Under the pieces are notes generated by a model, which was given only the letters and a program-made list of their open reading frames with translations, searched no databases and was not told the origin of the DNA. Positions 26,241 to 39,900 of a stretch of DNA of 64,000 nt are shown here, one piece after another (within the stretch, counting starts at the first letter, position 1; each line of letters begins with the position of its first letter). The translations under genes and the position numbers were made by a program. Origin of the DNA: Lama glama (taxonomy: Eukaryota); assembly GCA_028534125.1 (NCBI GenBank), contig CM052817.1, positions 12,464,001 through 12,528,000 on the forward strand. Direction: 5' to 3'.

Positions 26241-27794
26241 AAAAGTATAAAAACTCATCAAATATCTACAAGGTTTTATGTTTTTAGGGGGAGGGTATGA
26301 ATAGTCCAAATAATCTATGTGCTAAAACCAAAGCATTCTTCATTAAACCAACTTTTTTTTTTTTTGAGAATCTATTGAGTGCCAAGACTCTTTATTATAT
26401 GCTGTGGGCAGTCCAATTGTCAATAACAATTATATAAAAATTACCAATTAAATTATATTTCCATGCTACTAAATACTTAATTTCTGTGTCTGGGGAATTT
26501 TTTATCTCTCTATGTTCCTGGTAGAGTATAAGTTCTGGAAATTCACCATTCGAATTAAGGTTCTGGCCTGAGGCAAGATATTTGAATTTCCTGTATCTTA
26601 GATTCCTTTTGTATAAAATGGAGAGGAATATTAGAGAATCTACACATAGATTGGGTCAGGCCTATCAAATGAGTCACTATATGCAACATATAAACAAGAA
26701 TATGTAAAAGTAAGTAATTTAAAATAGCATGTAGCACATAATGTGTCCCAAAATATTATTGTAGGAGATACTTACTAAATATATCATGGCTAACATAAAG
26801 TTGATAAGGCATATAGATAATAAAAATCTAGTAGATAAGCCATGTATACAAAAAACTTAAAGAAAGGCAAAAATAATAATAACTTTATAGAGAGGTGAAT
26901 TGTATTACAAGAATTCAAATTCATATAACCCACATACTTTTAAAAATTGCATTGTTGTTAATTCAAGAAATTTATCAAATATGTAATACATAACAGATAT
27001 TATGTTAGGTACTAGAAATATAGTGGGAACAGAACATGATTTATGTCATATCCTTATGGTGCTCTCAGTGGTGAAGACATACATTGAATGATTTTTTGCA
27101 CTTATAGAATATTAGGATGATAAAGTTTGATGTCCTGTAGAAGCACATAAAAAATAAATCCAATATAATCTGTGTGAAGCATAGGGAGGACGTTGTGGAG
27201 GAAGTAAATTTTGGCTGAAAACCTAAAAAGTAAATAGTTATTGAGTGCTGCAGGAGTTGGAAATGAGAAATGGTGAAAGGAAAGAAACAAGTTTTTACAA
27301 TGAGAAATATAAGCAAAAAATAACCTGACCCAAGATCAAAATTTTCCGTGCGACTTCTCACAATATCCAACACTGAACTTACCTTCCACTTCGAAATCCT
27401 CTTTTCTGACCAGTGGAGCTGATGCATCCTCCTGGGTTATGATTACACAGCTTCCTCCAGGATATGCTTTGAGGCACCATTCACACCACTGTGTCATAAC
27501 ATTATCGTGAATAGCAAAATTTTATACAATAATAGCAAATTAAGTACATCTAATTTTTAAAGCCTTATTTTCATACACATTTTCTCATTTAAATTTCACA
27601 GTTACCAGTGACTTCCCTATGAATTTTTTCATTGTTCATAAAAAGGGAGTCAAGCTGATTGGCTTGTGCAAACTTACACAACTAACGTTGCTAGAAATCA
27701 TGGGACCAAACTACTTCTTGAAGGTGATGCAGTGCAGAGATGCAGATTTTTTGTACTGAACAGGGTTTCATCTGCAGAGTGAATATGAGAGAGA

Positions 27795-28590
27795 GCCATT
27801 CATTCAATAAATACCTAATGGATACCCTGTAAGCACTGGGCACTGGTTTAGGGTTGAGGATACAGCACTGAATCATACAAGCCACAGTCTTAACTTTGTG
27901 GAGCTAATTTTCTAGATGAAGAGGCAGATCATAAACACAATGAGCAGATAATGTAGTATGTTAGTTGTAGCAAAGACTCAGAATAAAAATAAAGTACAAT
28001 TGGGGGATAAAGAATGCCAACGAGCAAGTTTTGAGTGGTCAGAGATATCCTGATTGGAATGGCAACATTTGATTAAAGACCAATAGGCATAGGGCCACGC
28101 TGAGATCTCAGGGAAGGGCTTTCCAAGTACAGGCAATTGTAGTACAAAGGCCCCAGGTGTTAGGGGCCTAGGCCTGGTGTGTGTGTGGAATGAGAAGGAA
28201 GTTGGTGTGTCTGGAGCAGAAGAAACATAGGGAGAAAGCTAACAAGAGGCCAAAATTTATAAGGCCTCATAGCCCATGGCAAGAATTTGGGGTATTAGAT
28301 TGAGTGAGATAGGCTGTCATTTCAGGGTTCAGAACAGAAGAAAGACAATATCTGGTTTATATTATAAGAAGTTCACCTCTGTTGTGCTAGGATGAGACTC
28401 TGTTGACAAAGACAAATGTAAAATGTCAATTAGGAGGCATTGAAATAATCATAATCAAAGATGGCCAGTGTGGCCAGTGAATAGGAGGTGATGAGACTGG
28501 ATCAGATTCTGGATTTCTTTTTAAGGTTAAGATGACAGTACTTGATTTAAGACTAGATGTGGGGTGTGAAATGAAGTGAAGCATCAATGA
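27795..28590 (-). mobile_element. L2 LINE fragment
   Basis: Begins 'cattcattcaataaatacctaatggataccc...gcactgggcactggtttagg' (antisense L2 tail), and continues 'ccatggcaagaatttggg', 'gatcagattctggatttctttttaagg'. Confidence 0.8.
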
Positions 28591-29479
28591 ATAGCACACG
28601 TTTAAAAGGTAATCGGTTATGTAAAATCCTCATTCATTTCCCTGCTAGCCCTGTGGGTATGTGTTGCTGAATTTGTTGTTGTTACCGTTTTTTACTGCTG
28701 TTTATCTGTTTATTAGTTGTTTTTTTAATGAGTGGCTTGATAAAGTAGAAAAGTAAGAGCCAGAAGGGTAAGGGAAATTAGTTGGAATTTAGGGTAAGTT
28801 GAAAGAAACTTTAGGAACTATATTCATAGCAGACATGCAATAAAAATGTCATTAGATAAGGCAAAGCTCCATTGCTTGTTTTATTTATTTTTTTTTTACC
28901 TAGTAAATATTTACTATTATAGGGGCAGAAATTAGAAAAGTGGCAGAATTGGGTTATATTCTTTGTGGAATTTGGCTTATGGTAACCAAGTCAGCAAAAA
29001 TTGTCTCTGCACAGCATTCTTTAAGAGTTAATAACAGTATGGCTATCCAAAACTCTTCTTTGAAATGTTAATTGCTTTTAGTAGTATTTCACCTGGAGTA
29101 AAATTAAGTGTTGTGTTTACACATTGAAAGGCGTGCTTATCAGTCTGCATTTTATTTATTCAAACTTGGAAGTCAACTCCCTTTAAGAGCAAATACCTTG
29201 AGGTAAATACTTGGAAAGTATATTTACGGAGCATCAGGGCAGATATTAACGCTGAGCGATGACAAGTATGACATAGGTGCTAGACTTCACACGGAGGGGT
29301 CACCGCACATGTTATTTCACAATGGCTGCCTCAGTAGATGAGCTGACATCACAACCCACTGCCAACGCCATAAACAATTGCCAATTTCATTTTACAGGAG
29401 TTGCATGGGTGACTTGAACCAGAAAAAGAGATGAGGATAGGTGAAACTGAATATGTATGACTCATTCAGAGCTGGCTTA

Positions 29480-29705
29480 TTAGTCCAGAGGCAGTAGGAC
29501 AGATTCAGCCTTGGAATGCCTAGGTTCAAAACCCAGGCCTGCCATTTATTAGCTACATGACCTTGAACAGACCACTGAGCTAGGTTACTCACTTCAAAAA
29601 GGAGGAAATTAATGTAGACTTATTCTAGAGAATCATGTGAATCAAATGAGACAAGGCATGTGTAAAAATGGTTTAAAGCATTGTATAAATATTTGATGTT
29701 ATTAT
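29480..29705 (+). mobile_element. MIR SINE
   Basis: 'tgcctaggttcaaaacccaggcctgccatttattagctacatgaccttgaac...gtgaatcaaatgagacaaggcatgtg'. Confidence 0.7.
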
Positions 29706-31629
29706 TGAACAGGCTTTCCCTTTGAAAAATGGAAAGGGAGAGAGTAGGAATGATTTAGCAGTTATTAAATACTCTCCCTGGTTTTGTGAATTCCCCACAT
29801 GCAAGACCATTTAAAGTAAACAACAATGTCATCTCTCTCTCTCTCTCCCTCTCTCTCCATCCATCCATCCAACCATCCAACTTGGTTGTGCATCTTGTTC
29901 AATGTCATTGTGTATGTTAGAGTCAAGATCCAAACTTAGGTTGTTCTTTGTGTCCAAGCCTGCATATTTCCTCACATTCCAAGTCACTGCCTGTGCATTT
30001 TACACGTAGCTGTACTGTGTCAGAGATTGGGAGACATTATAGAAATCATCTAGTGGAATTATTTTCAAATATTTAGTTGCAAAGTCTTATTGGGAAGCTC
30101 AGCATTTGCTAAAAGTAGATCTGCCCCTGTTAGAGCAAATGTGGGAACTCCAAAGTAGCTTCACTTGTCCCTCCTCTACATCTTTTGGGAGTGTGGGCAC
30201 TTTAGGGTTTAAAAAACATTAATCTAGCCTGTTCCCCTCAGCTTAATAACTGAAAAACAGAATCTCAGGGAGACTAAATGACTTACCTAAGAACACAAAG
30301 TCTTTTAATAGCAAAAAAGAACAAGGAGCCCATTTCTGTGGAACTTGTGCACCATTTGCCCCCCACCATGCTTCCTACATCACTCCTACAATATTCATAT
30401 TTGAAGAGTGTCAACAAATGCAGTTCATATCTCCCATTCAACTTCTGAACCAGTTAAGAGATATATAAAGGAGTTTGTCTCATGGAGATAAAACACACAA
30501 ATTATATAATTGATGGAGCTGCTGGAGAGCATGGCTCGCTGTGTGATAACTAAAGGTTGCTCCACAGGGTCAGATGCATACTTTGTCACAGCGAGAACCC
30601 CTTCCCCAATATGGAATGAACCTTTTCTGATAAACTTAACCATTGAGTACAAAAATGGACCAGAATACAAATGTCTTGGAGGCTGGACTAAAGCTGAATG
30701 GGTAGTAGGTTGAGCTCGTATGTCTACCTAGTTTCTTCTCCCTAACTCACCTGATCAGTCATCCTGTATGAGAGTAAGGGGTCAGTGAGAATCCAGTGGT
30801 CCCTTAATACAAGACCCTTGTTATGAAAGGAAACATCAGGGGAAACCAGGAGGACAGGCTTAGTGACTTCCACCTCACAGGGTACAAGGAATGCAGGTCT
30901 GATGAGATCATACTCAATAACATATGGTTTTTATTTTATTCAAACTTCTGGCCTTAATTTTTGATTTGTTTGTTGTACTATCAAGTATCAACATTCTCAT
31001 GAACATATCTCAGTCTTTTTTAACCAAAGTTATGAATGTTATATATTTCCTGGTGGCTTCATAATTTATAGATGAACTTGTTTCTGAAACTAAATGTTAT
31101 TGCATTGAGATGCTATGTGAGGCAAAATCAAATGTGGATAAATCTTGAAATAGCATTTTCCCCTATCACCCTGAAAGAGTAGAGTAGGAGTGATTGTCAC
31201 ATCCTCAAAACAGGAGACATCCCAAGGACAGGGAGGAAATTGGAGTCTTAGAATCAGCGAGCTCATACAGGACTTATGAGAATCAAATAAAGAGCCTATG
31301 AATAGACAGTAATTGATAAAAGAAGCTTGGAGGCAAAGAGGGGTTTGAAACACATACCTGCCTCCAGGTAATAATATTAAAGAGTTGTTGAAGATCCTAA
31401 GTAAAATTTCATTACATCTTGAAGCTATGATTAAAAGAGAATTACTAGGTATGCATTTAAAATAAATATTCAACTTAATTCAAAAACAGGTTCAACATTT
31501 GGGAGCATCAATTTAAAGAGCACTCATTGAAAAATCAATGTACTGTGGTGGCTTTGAAAACCATCTTTCTATGTATATAATTATAAGTTATGGTTTCAAT
31601 AGCTAGGAGTTCAAAATTAATACAAAATT

Positions 31630-31682
31630 TACATATATATATATATATATACACACACATCTATATATATCTATATATATAT
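31630..31682. repeat. (TA)n(CA)n microsatellite
   Basis: Directly visible. Confidence 0.85.
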
Positions 31683-31989
31683 CAATAACTCCTAGCTTCA
31701 ATCCCCCTAAAAAAGAAAATTGCATATTCCTTCCCATTATTTTCCACTTTTCTCTAAATCTCAGATCTAATTTCTATCACTGGGATGCAGATTGCTCTCG
31801 TGAAAATTCTGCCTCCACTGATGTGGCTGTTGTCTGACTTCAACTCATCTTCTAATCCTCAGCTTCATTATCACTTGTGCAAGGAGCTCTCCAATGATCT
31901 TCAAATGATAATGAGTTCCCCCTATTGTATCCCTCATACCACCCTAAGATTCCTCCTGTCTCATTTTATAGCAGCCCCACTCTTATAAT

Positions 31990-32640
31990 TTTGCTCATTT
32001 GTTCAGTCAAAAATGTATATTGAGCATCTATTACATGCCATGAATGTTTCTAGGCTCTGGATGTACAATGGTGAGTAAGGTAGACTAGATTCCTTTTCTT
32101 ATGGAGTACACATTCTAGATTATAGTAGGGATACTCCACACCATCAGGAACCTTAATGGCTTCTTTGTTTTCTTACCAATGCTTGCTAAACTTCTCTAAT
32201 ATCCATTGACATATTGCATATGCTCAATAAATGTTTATTGAACTAATAATGAATAAATAAGTGGAAATTATGGGGAACAAATTAATAAATAAGTAAAAAT
32301 AAGATATTGATAACTGCTGTGCAGAGAATTAATAGTGGGTGAAAGAACTGATGGTGGCTGACTTATCCTAGATTAAATGCTCATGGAAGACTTCTATGAG
32401 GTTTTTAACATTAAAACTGAGATATACATGACTCAAAGAAGTCACTTTTATGTACCTCTACCCAGAAGCGACAATATTCTTAGACGTTCAAGCATTTGGA
32501 AAAGACCTGGAGTTTAAGAAACTCCAGAGGGAGAGAAAGAGTGAGGAAACAAGGAGGAAAAAGTGGGACGACGGGGAAGAAGGAATGAAGAAGAGAGGGA
32601 GAGAAAAGAAGAGGAAGGGATAGTAGAAAGAGGTGCCAAG
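31990..32640. mobile_element. L2 remnants, mixed orientation
   Basis: 'ttcagtcaaaaatgtatattgagcatctattacatgcca' (antisense tail) and 'tgctcaataaatgtttattgaactaataatgaataaata' (sense tail). Confidence 0.55.
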
Positions 32641-32746
32641 GTGAATCAAGGCAACAGCATGAGTGAAGACGCCATTTGGAAGTGGATCTTCTAGCCATAA
32701 CTCTCACCAGTTGCATCAGAAATGAACCATCTAAATTCTTTTCCCA

Positions 32747-33626
32747 TAGAGAAGCCTCCTTCACTGCTGGTGGGAATGCAGTTTGGTGCAGCCACTATGG
32801 AAAACTGTGGAGATTCCTCAAAAGACTAGGAATAGACTTACCATATGACCCAGGAATCCCACTTCTGGGCTTATATCCAGAAGGAACCCTACTTCAGGAT
32901 GACACCTGCACCCCAATGTTCATAGCAGCACTATTTACAATAGCTAAGACATGGAAACTGCCTAAATGTCCATCAACAGGTGACTGGATAAAGAAGATGT
33001 GGTATATTTATACAATGGAATATTACTCAGCCATAAAAAGAATAAAATACTGCCATTTGCAGCAACATGGATGCTCCTGGAGAATGTCATTCTAAGTGAA
33101 GTAAGCCAGAAAGAGAAAGAAAAATACACAGGGAAATATACACAAAATGTTATGATAAATCACAGAGAAAAAAATGTGACAATGAGTGTGTATATGTCCA
33201 TGAATGACTGAAAAATTGTGCTGAACACTGGAATTTGACACAACACTGTAAAATGATTATGAATCAATAAAAAATGTAAAAAAAATACCATATGGGATCA
33301 CTTATACATGGAATCTAAAAAACAAAAACAAAAACAAAAACAAAGCATAAATACAAAACAGAAATAGACTCATAGACATAGAACACAAACTTGTGGTTGT
33401 CAAGGGGGTGGAGGGTGGGAAGGGATAGATGGGATTTTAAAAATATAAAATAGATAAACAAGATTATACTGTAAAACACAGGGAAATATACACAAGATCT
33501 TATGGTAGCTCACAGAGAAAAAAATGTGACAATGAATATATATATATGTTCATGTATAACTGAAAAATTGTGCTCTACACTGGAATTTGACACAACATTG
33601 TAAAACGATTATAAATCAAAAAATGT
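32747..33626 (+). mobile_element. Young 5'-truncated L1 (ORF2 C-terminus + 3'UTR)
   Basis: Encodes WRFLKRLGIDLPYDPGIPLLGLYP...TCTPMFIAALFTIAKTWKLPKCPSTGDWIKKMWYIYTMEYYSAIK (L1 ORF2p C-terminus). Perfect 15-bp TSD taaattcttttccca at 32732-32746 and 33627-33641. Confidence 0.95.
33128..33280 (+). mobile_element. Short L1 tail nested inside a same-family L1
   Basis: Near-copy of 33478-33625, flanked by aaaaatac at 33120-33127 and 33281-33288. Confidence 0.8.
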
Positions 33627-33919
33627 TAAATTCTTTTCCCAAAGAATTGAGAGGAAAGATAAAATGGCTAAGTTCCTGTGTCAGAATTGTTTCACAACAA
33701 CAAATAATTGAAACTTATGTCTTTCACAGTCTCTGTAGCATCCACAAGTTTAGTTACTGGCCCAACTGGATGAAAAAAAAAAAACTGAAAGAAGAATAAT
33801 TAAGCAAAGTGAGGAATCACATCACTACCTGCTTCTTAGACTCTGAGCTTTCATGTCTTTACATGAAAAGTAAGGATGCTTTATAATTTTCAGAGTGTTT
33901 AAATTCTTTGCCAAACCTT

Positions 33920-34418
33920 TGTGGTAGGCAGAATTAGGATTACCCAAAGATATTCATATCCCAATCCCCAGAACCTCTGAATATGTTAGGTTATGTAACA
34001 GTGAGAAATTAGTGCTGCAAATGTAATTAGTCTTACTAATCAGCTGACTTAAAGACAAAGAGATTATCCTGTATTATCTAGATAGGTTCAATATAATCAC
34101 AAGAGGGTCCTTTAAAATAGAAGAGAGAGGCAGGAAAATAAATCAGAGTCAGAAAGAGATTTGAAAATGCTTTTTGCTGGCTTTGAAGTTGGAGGAAATA
34201 GCCACAAACTAAGAAGGGCATCGATCCCTAGATGCTGGAAAAAGCAAGGACCAGACCCCTTAAAATCTTCAGAAGAAATGCAGCCCTAATGAACATTTTG
34301 ATTTTAGCCCAGTAAGACCCATTTCTAACACCATACCTCTAGAACTGTAAGATAATAAATTTCTGGATTTTGGACCACAAACTTTGTGGCAATTTGTTAC
34401 AACAATAGAAAATGAAAA
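33920..34418 (+). mobile_element. MaLR LTR (MLT1C/D-like)
   Basis: 'tgtggtaggcagaatt...ccccagaacctctgaatatgtta...gagattatcctg...tagaactgtaagataataaatt...gtggcaatttgttacaacaatagaaaa'. Confidence 0.85.
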
Positions 34419-36611
34419 AAGCTCCCATATCATTTGCTGATGATTGATACTAGAATTAACAAACCTCTTTCAAGAAAGAGCTCTCCAATAGAGGATTAAA
34501 TTAATCCTATGGATAACCATGCCAGAATGCAGTAAGAGAATCATTTTCCTGAAAAAGATAGACTTAACAAACTAATGATTTTCCTCTGTAAACCATTTAC
34601 CATCTATTCTTTCAGAATTCCTTCAAACATACTGACAGCCTAAGGCAAAAGAACAACAAAAATCACATCATTTATTAACTAGGTCCTGAAAAAATGGCTT
34701 TCTTCCCCTCTGGTGGGGACAGAGGCTCTACTAGGAAAAAAGATTCAAATTTCTTCGAAGGCAGTGCAAACTTAATTTACCATATGGGATTGCAAATTAC
34801 CTATAGGTAATAAACAAACAAATAAATATATAAATAAAGCTTCTTTGTAAGCATCACAGTCCCAGACTTATGCTTTATGCATAACAACATTATTTATGTC
34901 TTACTACCACAATACCATCAGCATTCTTATCTCATTCCACTGTCAGAGCTCAGGTTGACTGCCATTTCATTTCGGACTCTAGAGAGTCTAACAAACACGT
35001 CTAGCATGTAACTCCCACTGCATTATTATTGTTAGATTAATTAACTAACATTAAGTGCTTGTTGAATTAACCCATAGCAATTCACAATTTAGACACAAGC
35101 CTCAGAATGAGCTTTTGCAAACTAGATCCTTTCAAAAGATAGCTCAGGTATACTGGGCAAGACTAGGATAAGATAATAATGTTAACATATTCACCATGTT
35201 AAATTGCTGGGACAATAAAAAAACAATAACTAAAGTGAGAAAAATAACTGTGGGCACAGCTTTAAGAACAGGATGATTTATCCTAGAATGTATTAAATTT
35301 GATAGGCAATGAAATTGTACATTGAGAGTTTGGTTATTTTTAATTTTTTTTTTTAATTTTTATTTTCTTTGGGCAGTATTCCAGAATAACTTTTCACTAA
35401 TGTTTTTATCTTTCTCTAAAACTATGAATTTAATCAATATGCTCAAAGGACTAATTAGTTATAATATCTTCAGGACTTTCAAAACTGAAAACACTGCAAT
35501 TAAAAAGGTAAATATACTGTAAGTGACATTCCAGGAGTGTTATTAGAGGAACTAAAAGGCATTCAAAATAAACAGACTTATTGGCTGTTGAATACCCACG
35601 GATTTCATCTTATATTACTATTTGGTTTGACTAAGTTAAACTTTCCAAGTAAAATAATGACTTGGCCGATATAATGCCCCCCAAGTTCTCATTTGCTGTT
35701 TTCAGCCCTTGAACATTTCAAGATCTCTGAGACTTACAGGACTCACAGTAAAATACTGTACAGCAAAAGGCAAGTTAATGGTGGCCTGGGAAAAAACAGA
35801 AGAGCTGGACTCAAATCTATGAATAATATTATCATGGCTTTAAAACTTACATAAAATTAATTCAATTAACTTATTTTAGATTAAACAAAAACATTTCTGA
35901 CTCTGTAAACTGAATGCTGCGCCATGCTCTGTAAGTGTAGGGCCCCCCACAATGAGGTAAAAGTAAGACATCCAAATATTTTGGAAAGAGAGATTCTTAT
36001 TCTCTGTGGCCATTACAACACATGAACAAACCAATCAAGAGTTCAGGAGCAGAGACATGTGCTAGTCTTTTCTTTTTGAACTGAGTTTGCAGCTGTCCAG
36101 CACCCAGTCTCACACAGTGTCTCACAGCAGGTTCCGAACAGCTGGGGCTCAAGGAGGAGGGCACCAGATTTCACAGCACAGAGGCCACATTTAGGAAAAG
36201 AAGGTGATCTGCAGATATTTGTGGTTACTGAAATCTGGGAATGTAATTAGAATACACAACACCCCATCAGTTGCAAAAATGACAGGGAAATACGAAATGG
36301 AGAATGATGCTAATGCCACTGGACAGTACTCACGTTGCATTCCTCAGATTTTGCTTAAAACACGTAGGGCATGTTAGTAGGAAGGCATCAGAAAAGACAA
36401 CCTGTGTGTGGGTGTGTGTAATCATTTTGGCTTTTGCCAAATTACTTAGTTATTTGGGCAGATATTTTAACATCTCTGAGTCTCATGAGACTATTGAAAA
36501 CTAATTCACAGAGTTGGATTTGAACCTGGAAGATTTTCTAATTATAACAGTGATTTGAGAAGCACAGTTGGTTTCCAGGGCATTGTTCGCCATCAGAAAT
36601 GGAATAAACCC

Positions 36612-36710
36612 TTTTGCAGGTATCCGCCCAGTTTCCTCAGCACCACTTATTGAAAAGACGGTCTTTTCTCCATTGTATGTTGTTGCCTCCTTTGTCATAG
36701 ATCAATTAAT
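36612..36710 (-). mobile_element. Isolated ~100-bp internal L1 ORF2 fragment
   Basis: Minus strand translates LIYDKGGNNIQWRKDRLFNKWC*GNWADTCKR, close to L1 ORF2p. Confidence 0.85.
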
Positions 36711-36739
36711 TAGGCGTTTTTAGAGTCTACACAAGTTAG

Positions 36740-38172
36740 ATAAGACCCTCAAGTTTCACTCATGTTGGGAATATCAGAATTTCATTACTTTTCATGGATG
36801 GCTGAATAGTATTCGTATATATATCGCATTTTCTGTATCCATTCACTGTTGGTGGACATTTAGGTTGTTTCCATGTCTTGTTGATTACAAATACTACTGC
36901 AATGCACATGGGGAGAAGATAGCTTTTCAGTAACTTGTTTCTGAAAACTTGTTTCATTTCCCTGGGATAAATATCCAGAGATGAGATTGTTGAATCATAT
37001 TATACTTCTATATTTAAATTTTTGAGGAAACTCCATACTGTTTTCCATAGTGACTGTACCAATTTACATTCCCCAACACAGTGCTCCAATGTTCCCTTTT
37101 CTCCACAACCTTGCCAATATTTAGTGTAACTTCTCTTTCCTAACAAATGTGAGGTGATATTTCATAGTGGTTTTAATTTGCATTTTCCCAAGATTAGTGA
37201 TGTCGACACACTTTCATATGCTTTTTGGCCATTTGTTTGACTTCTTTGGAAAAAATGTGTATTCAGGTACTTTACCCTTTTAAAAATCCAACCATTTGAT
37301 TAATTTTTGAGTTATATGAGTTTCTTATATAACTGGGATATTAATTTTTTTCAGATATATGATTTTCACATATTTTCTAGGTGTTTTGCATTTGTTAGTT
37401 GCTTCTTTCGCTGTGCTTATTAGTTTGATGTAATCCCACTTATTTATTTTAGCTTTTGTGGGTTGTGCTTTTGATGTCACATACAAGTTATTGCCAAGAC
37501 CACTGTCAAGGAGCTTATTCTTATATTTTCTTATAAGAGTTTTATGATTTCAGGTCTCATGTTTAAGTCCTCAGTCTATGTTGACTTAACTTTTGTGATT
37601 GGTGGAAGACAGGGCCCAATTTCATTCTTTTGCATGTAAATAATCAGTTTTCCCAAAATCGTTTTTTTTAGAAACTATCCTTTCCCCATTGAGTCATCTT
37701 GCCTCTCTGTTTAAATATTTGTATACCATGCATGAATGGGTTTATTTCTAGGTTTTCAATTATGTTCTGTCAATGTGTCAGTTTATATGCCAGTATCATA
37801 CTGTTTTGATTACTGTAGCTTTATAATATAGTTTAAAGTCAGAGTGTGTGCTACCTTGAGCTTCAGTCTTCTTTCTTGGGATGGCTTTGGCTATTTGGGT
37901 CTTTTGTGGTTCCACATGAATTTCAGATTTTTTTCCTTTTTCTTTGAAAAATTACAGTGGAATTTTGATAGGGACTGCATTGAATCTGTGTATGGTTTTA
38001 GGTATTATGGACATTTTAACCATGCTAATTCTTCTGATCCGTGTACATAGGATATCTTTTCATTTATTTGTGTCTTCTTAAATTTCTTTCTTTAATATCT
38101 GGTAGTATTCAGTGTAGAGATCTTTCATCTCTTCATCTTTGGTTGAATATATTCCTAAGCATTTTATCTTTC
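36740..38172 (-). mobile_element. Older L1, 3' part of ORF2
   Basis: 'tggacatttaggttgtttccatgtcttg', 'gaggaaactccatactgttttccatagtgactgtacc', 'ttgatagggactgcattgaatctgt'. Confidence 0.9.
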
Positions 38173-39900
38173 TTGGTCACACACACCATGTCGGTACCTG
38201 TCTACCGTCTACCTCCCTCTCACTAGAATATCAGTTCTCTGAGGTTGAGACTTTGGTTATTTTGGGGTCTCTGCTATGTCTCTGGCACCAAAACAGTATT
38301 TGAGACCCAATATTTATATGTTGAAAGACTGAATTTCATGCATCAAATCAACATTAAGATTTAAAATGAGATAAGACCAAATTTGTGACATACACACATG
38401 TACACACACAAACACACAGTCATTCATTGATAACTTAGAAGATGTCTCTCATTTTACTAGATACTTTATACACATTATTTTACTTAATTATAGCATCAAA
38501 TCTGAAATAGGACTTATTGAGCTCATTTTTCAGGTTTAGAAACTATGCCTCAGAAAAATTTAAATAAAATGCTCTGAGTCACACATGGAGTCACGCAATT
38601 CTTAGAACTGGGTCTGTGTGATTTCAGTTCATTCTGCTCATCATCATCCCCCATCTGATACGTATATTTGCACTTGATCTAAAAGTGAGTTAAGACATCC
38701 ACTCTGATGCTATAAATTGTCAGTCCCATTCACACAAATACTATGCATCCATTCAAAAATGAGCCTTGCTTACTTCCTGGTATTGTCTTTGGTCAACAGA
38801 GCTCTTGACCTGAGATTGACTGGTTATGGCTGTATAAGCTTACTTTTAATGGAGATATCCAAACAATTACAAAAGGAAACAAAAAAGTGGCTTATTTTTC
38901 AATTGTTTAGGTGTCAAGTACCTGTTTTTTAAAGGAGTGTGTTATAAAATAACAATTGACATTTTTATGACATTTTACTAAAAAATAATAGTTTGGTAGA
39001 AAGACATTTAATTTTGATCCATTTTTTTTCAGTTTATTAAAATTCTTGGAGTGTTCACTCTGATTTGATTTTGGCCTTTGCTCACTGATGTGACAGGTTT
39101 AATGATCACATGTCAGTAGTCCAAGAGCCTCCTGTTTAACAGAAGAGCACTGTTCCCTGGAATAGTCCAGTCACCTCTCATCACCTGACCTTTCCCCTGG
39201 AAACATTCATCACCAGTGACACTGACTGATGAGCAGCATGATCTCTGACCTCCAATTTATTCATGTTGATGGTCTTGACACTTCATAGTCTCCTAGGCTC
39301 CACACAGCTGCCTAATAGCATCAGTGGATCTTCACTTCCCAGAAATATTTTCTACTTCTTCACTGTACAGACAGTATTACCTTCTCCTCCATCCAACATG
39401 AACTGACACTTTTTTTCAGTTATTGTTTTCCAGAGTCTTCAGAGTTCCTCCCACCCCCACTGACTTTTCTGGGTCTCTCATTTAGTTACCTTCAGTGTGT
39501 CGTCTTAGGAGTCATTTTCTGAGGAAAGGGATACTCTTCTTGGTCAAATAACCTCATTACTTGGGTGAGAAATTCTACCTCAGTGATAAAAGGACAACTC
39601 AACCTAACCAGACCCCTCCAATCTTCAGATTATAATCACTGATTTCATGAGCTCGCTTAATAATGACTGCTACTATTAATTCCATGCCCCTTCCTTATGG
39701 AGTTTCAACAATTCATGCTGCTAATAAATCAATGAATTAAATTAATAAATTAATATTAATAACCACCTTTTTTTACTATTTTTCAAAAAAGAATAAACAA
39801 AGGAAGAAAAGAATACACTTCATATTAATATTTGTAATAATAAAATACTTTTCCTGAACACTTACCATATGTTGGAAATTTTGGTCAGTAATAAGTTTCA

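Noticed and set aside
31090..31473. 127-aa minus-strand ORF
   Set aside because: No recognisable homology, and its composition is typical of random AT-rich DNA.
32676..33095. Longest ORF in the track (139 aa)
   Set aside because: It is the C-terminus of L1 ORF2p read in from flanking DNA, inside a TSD-bounded truncated L1; not a host gene.
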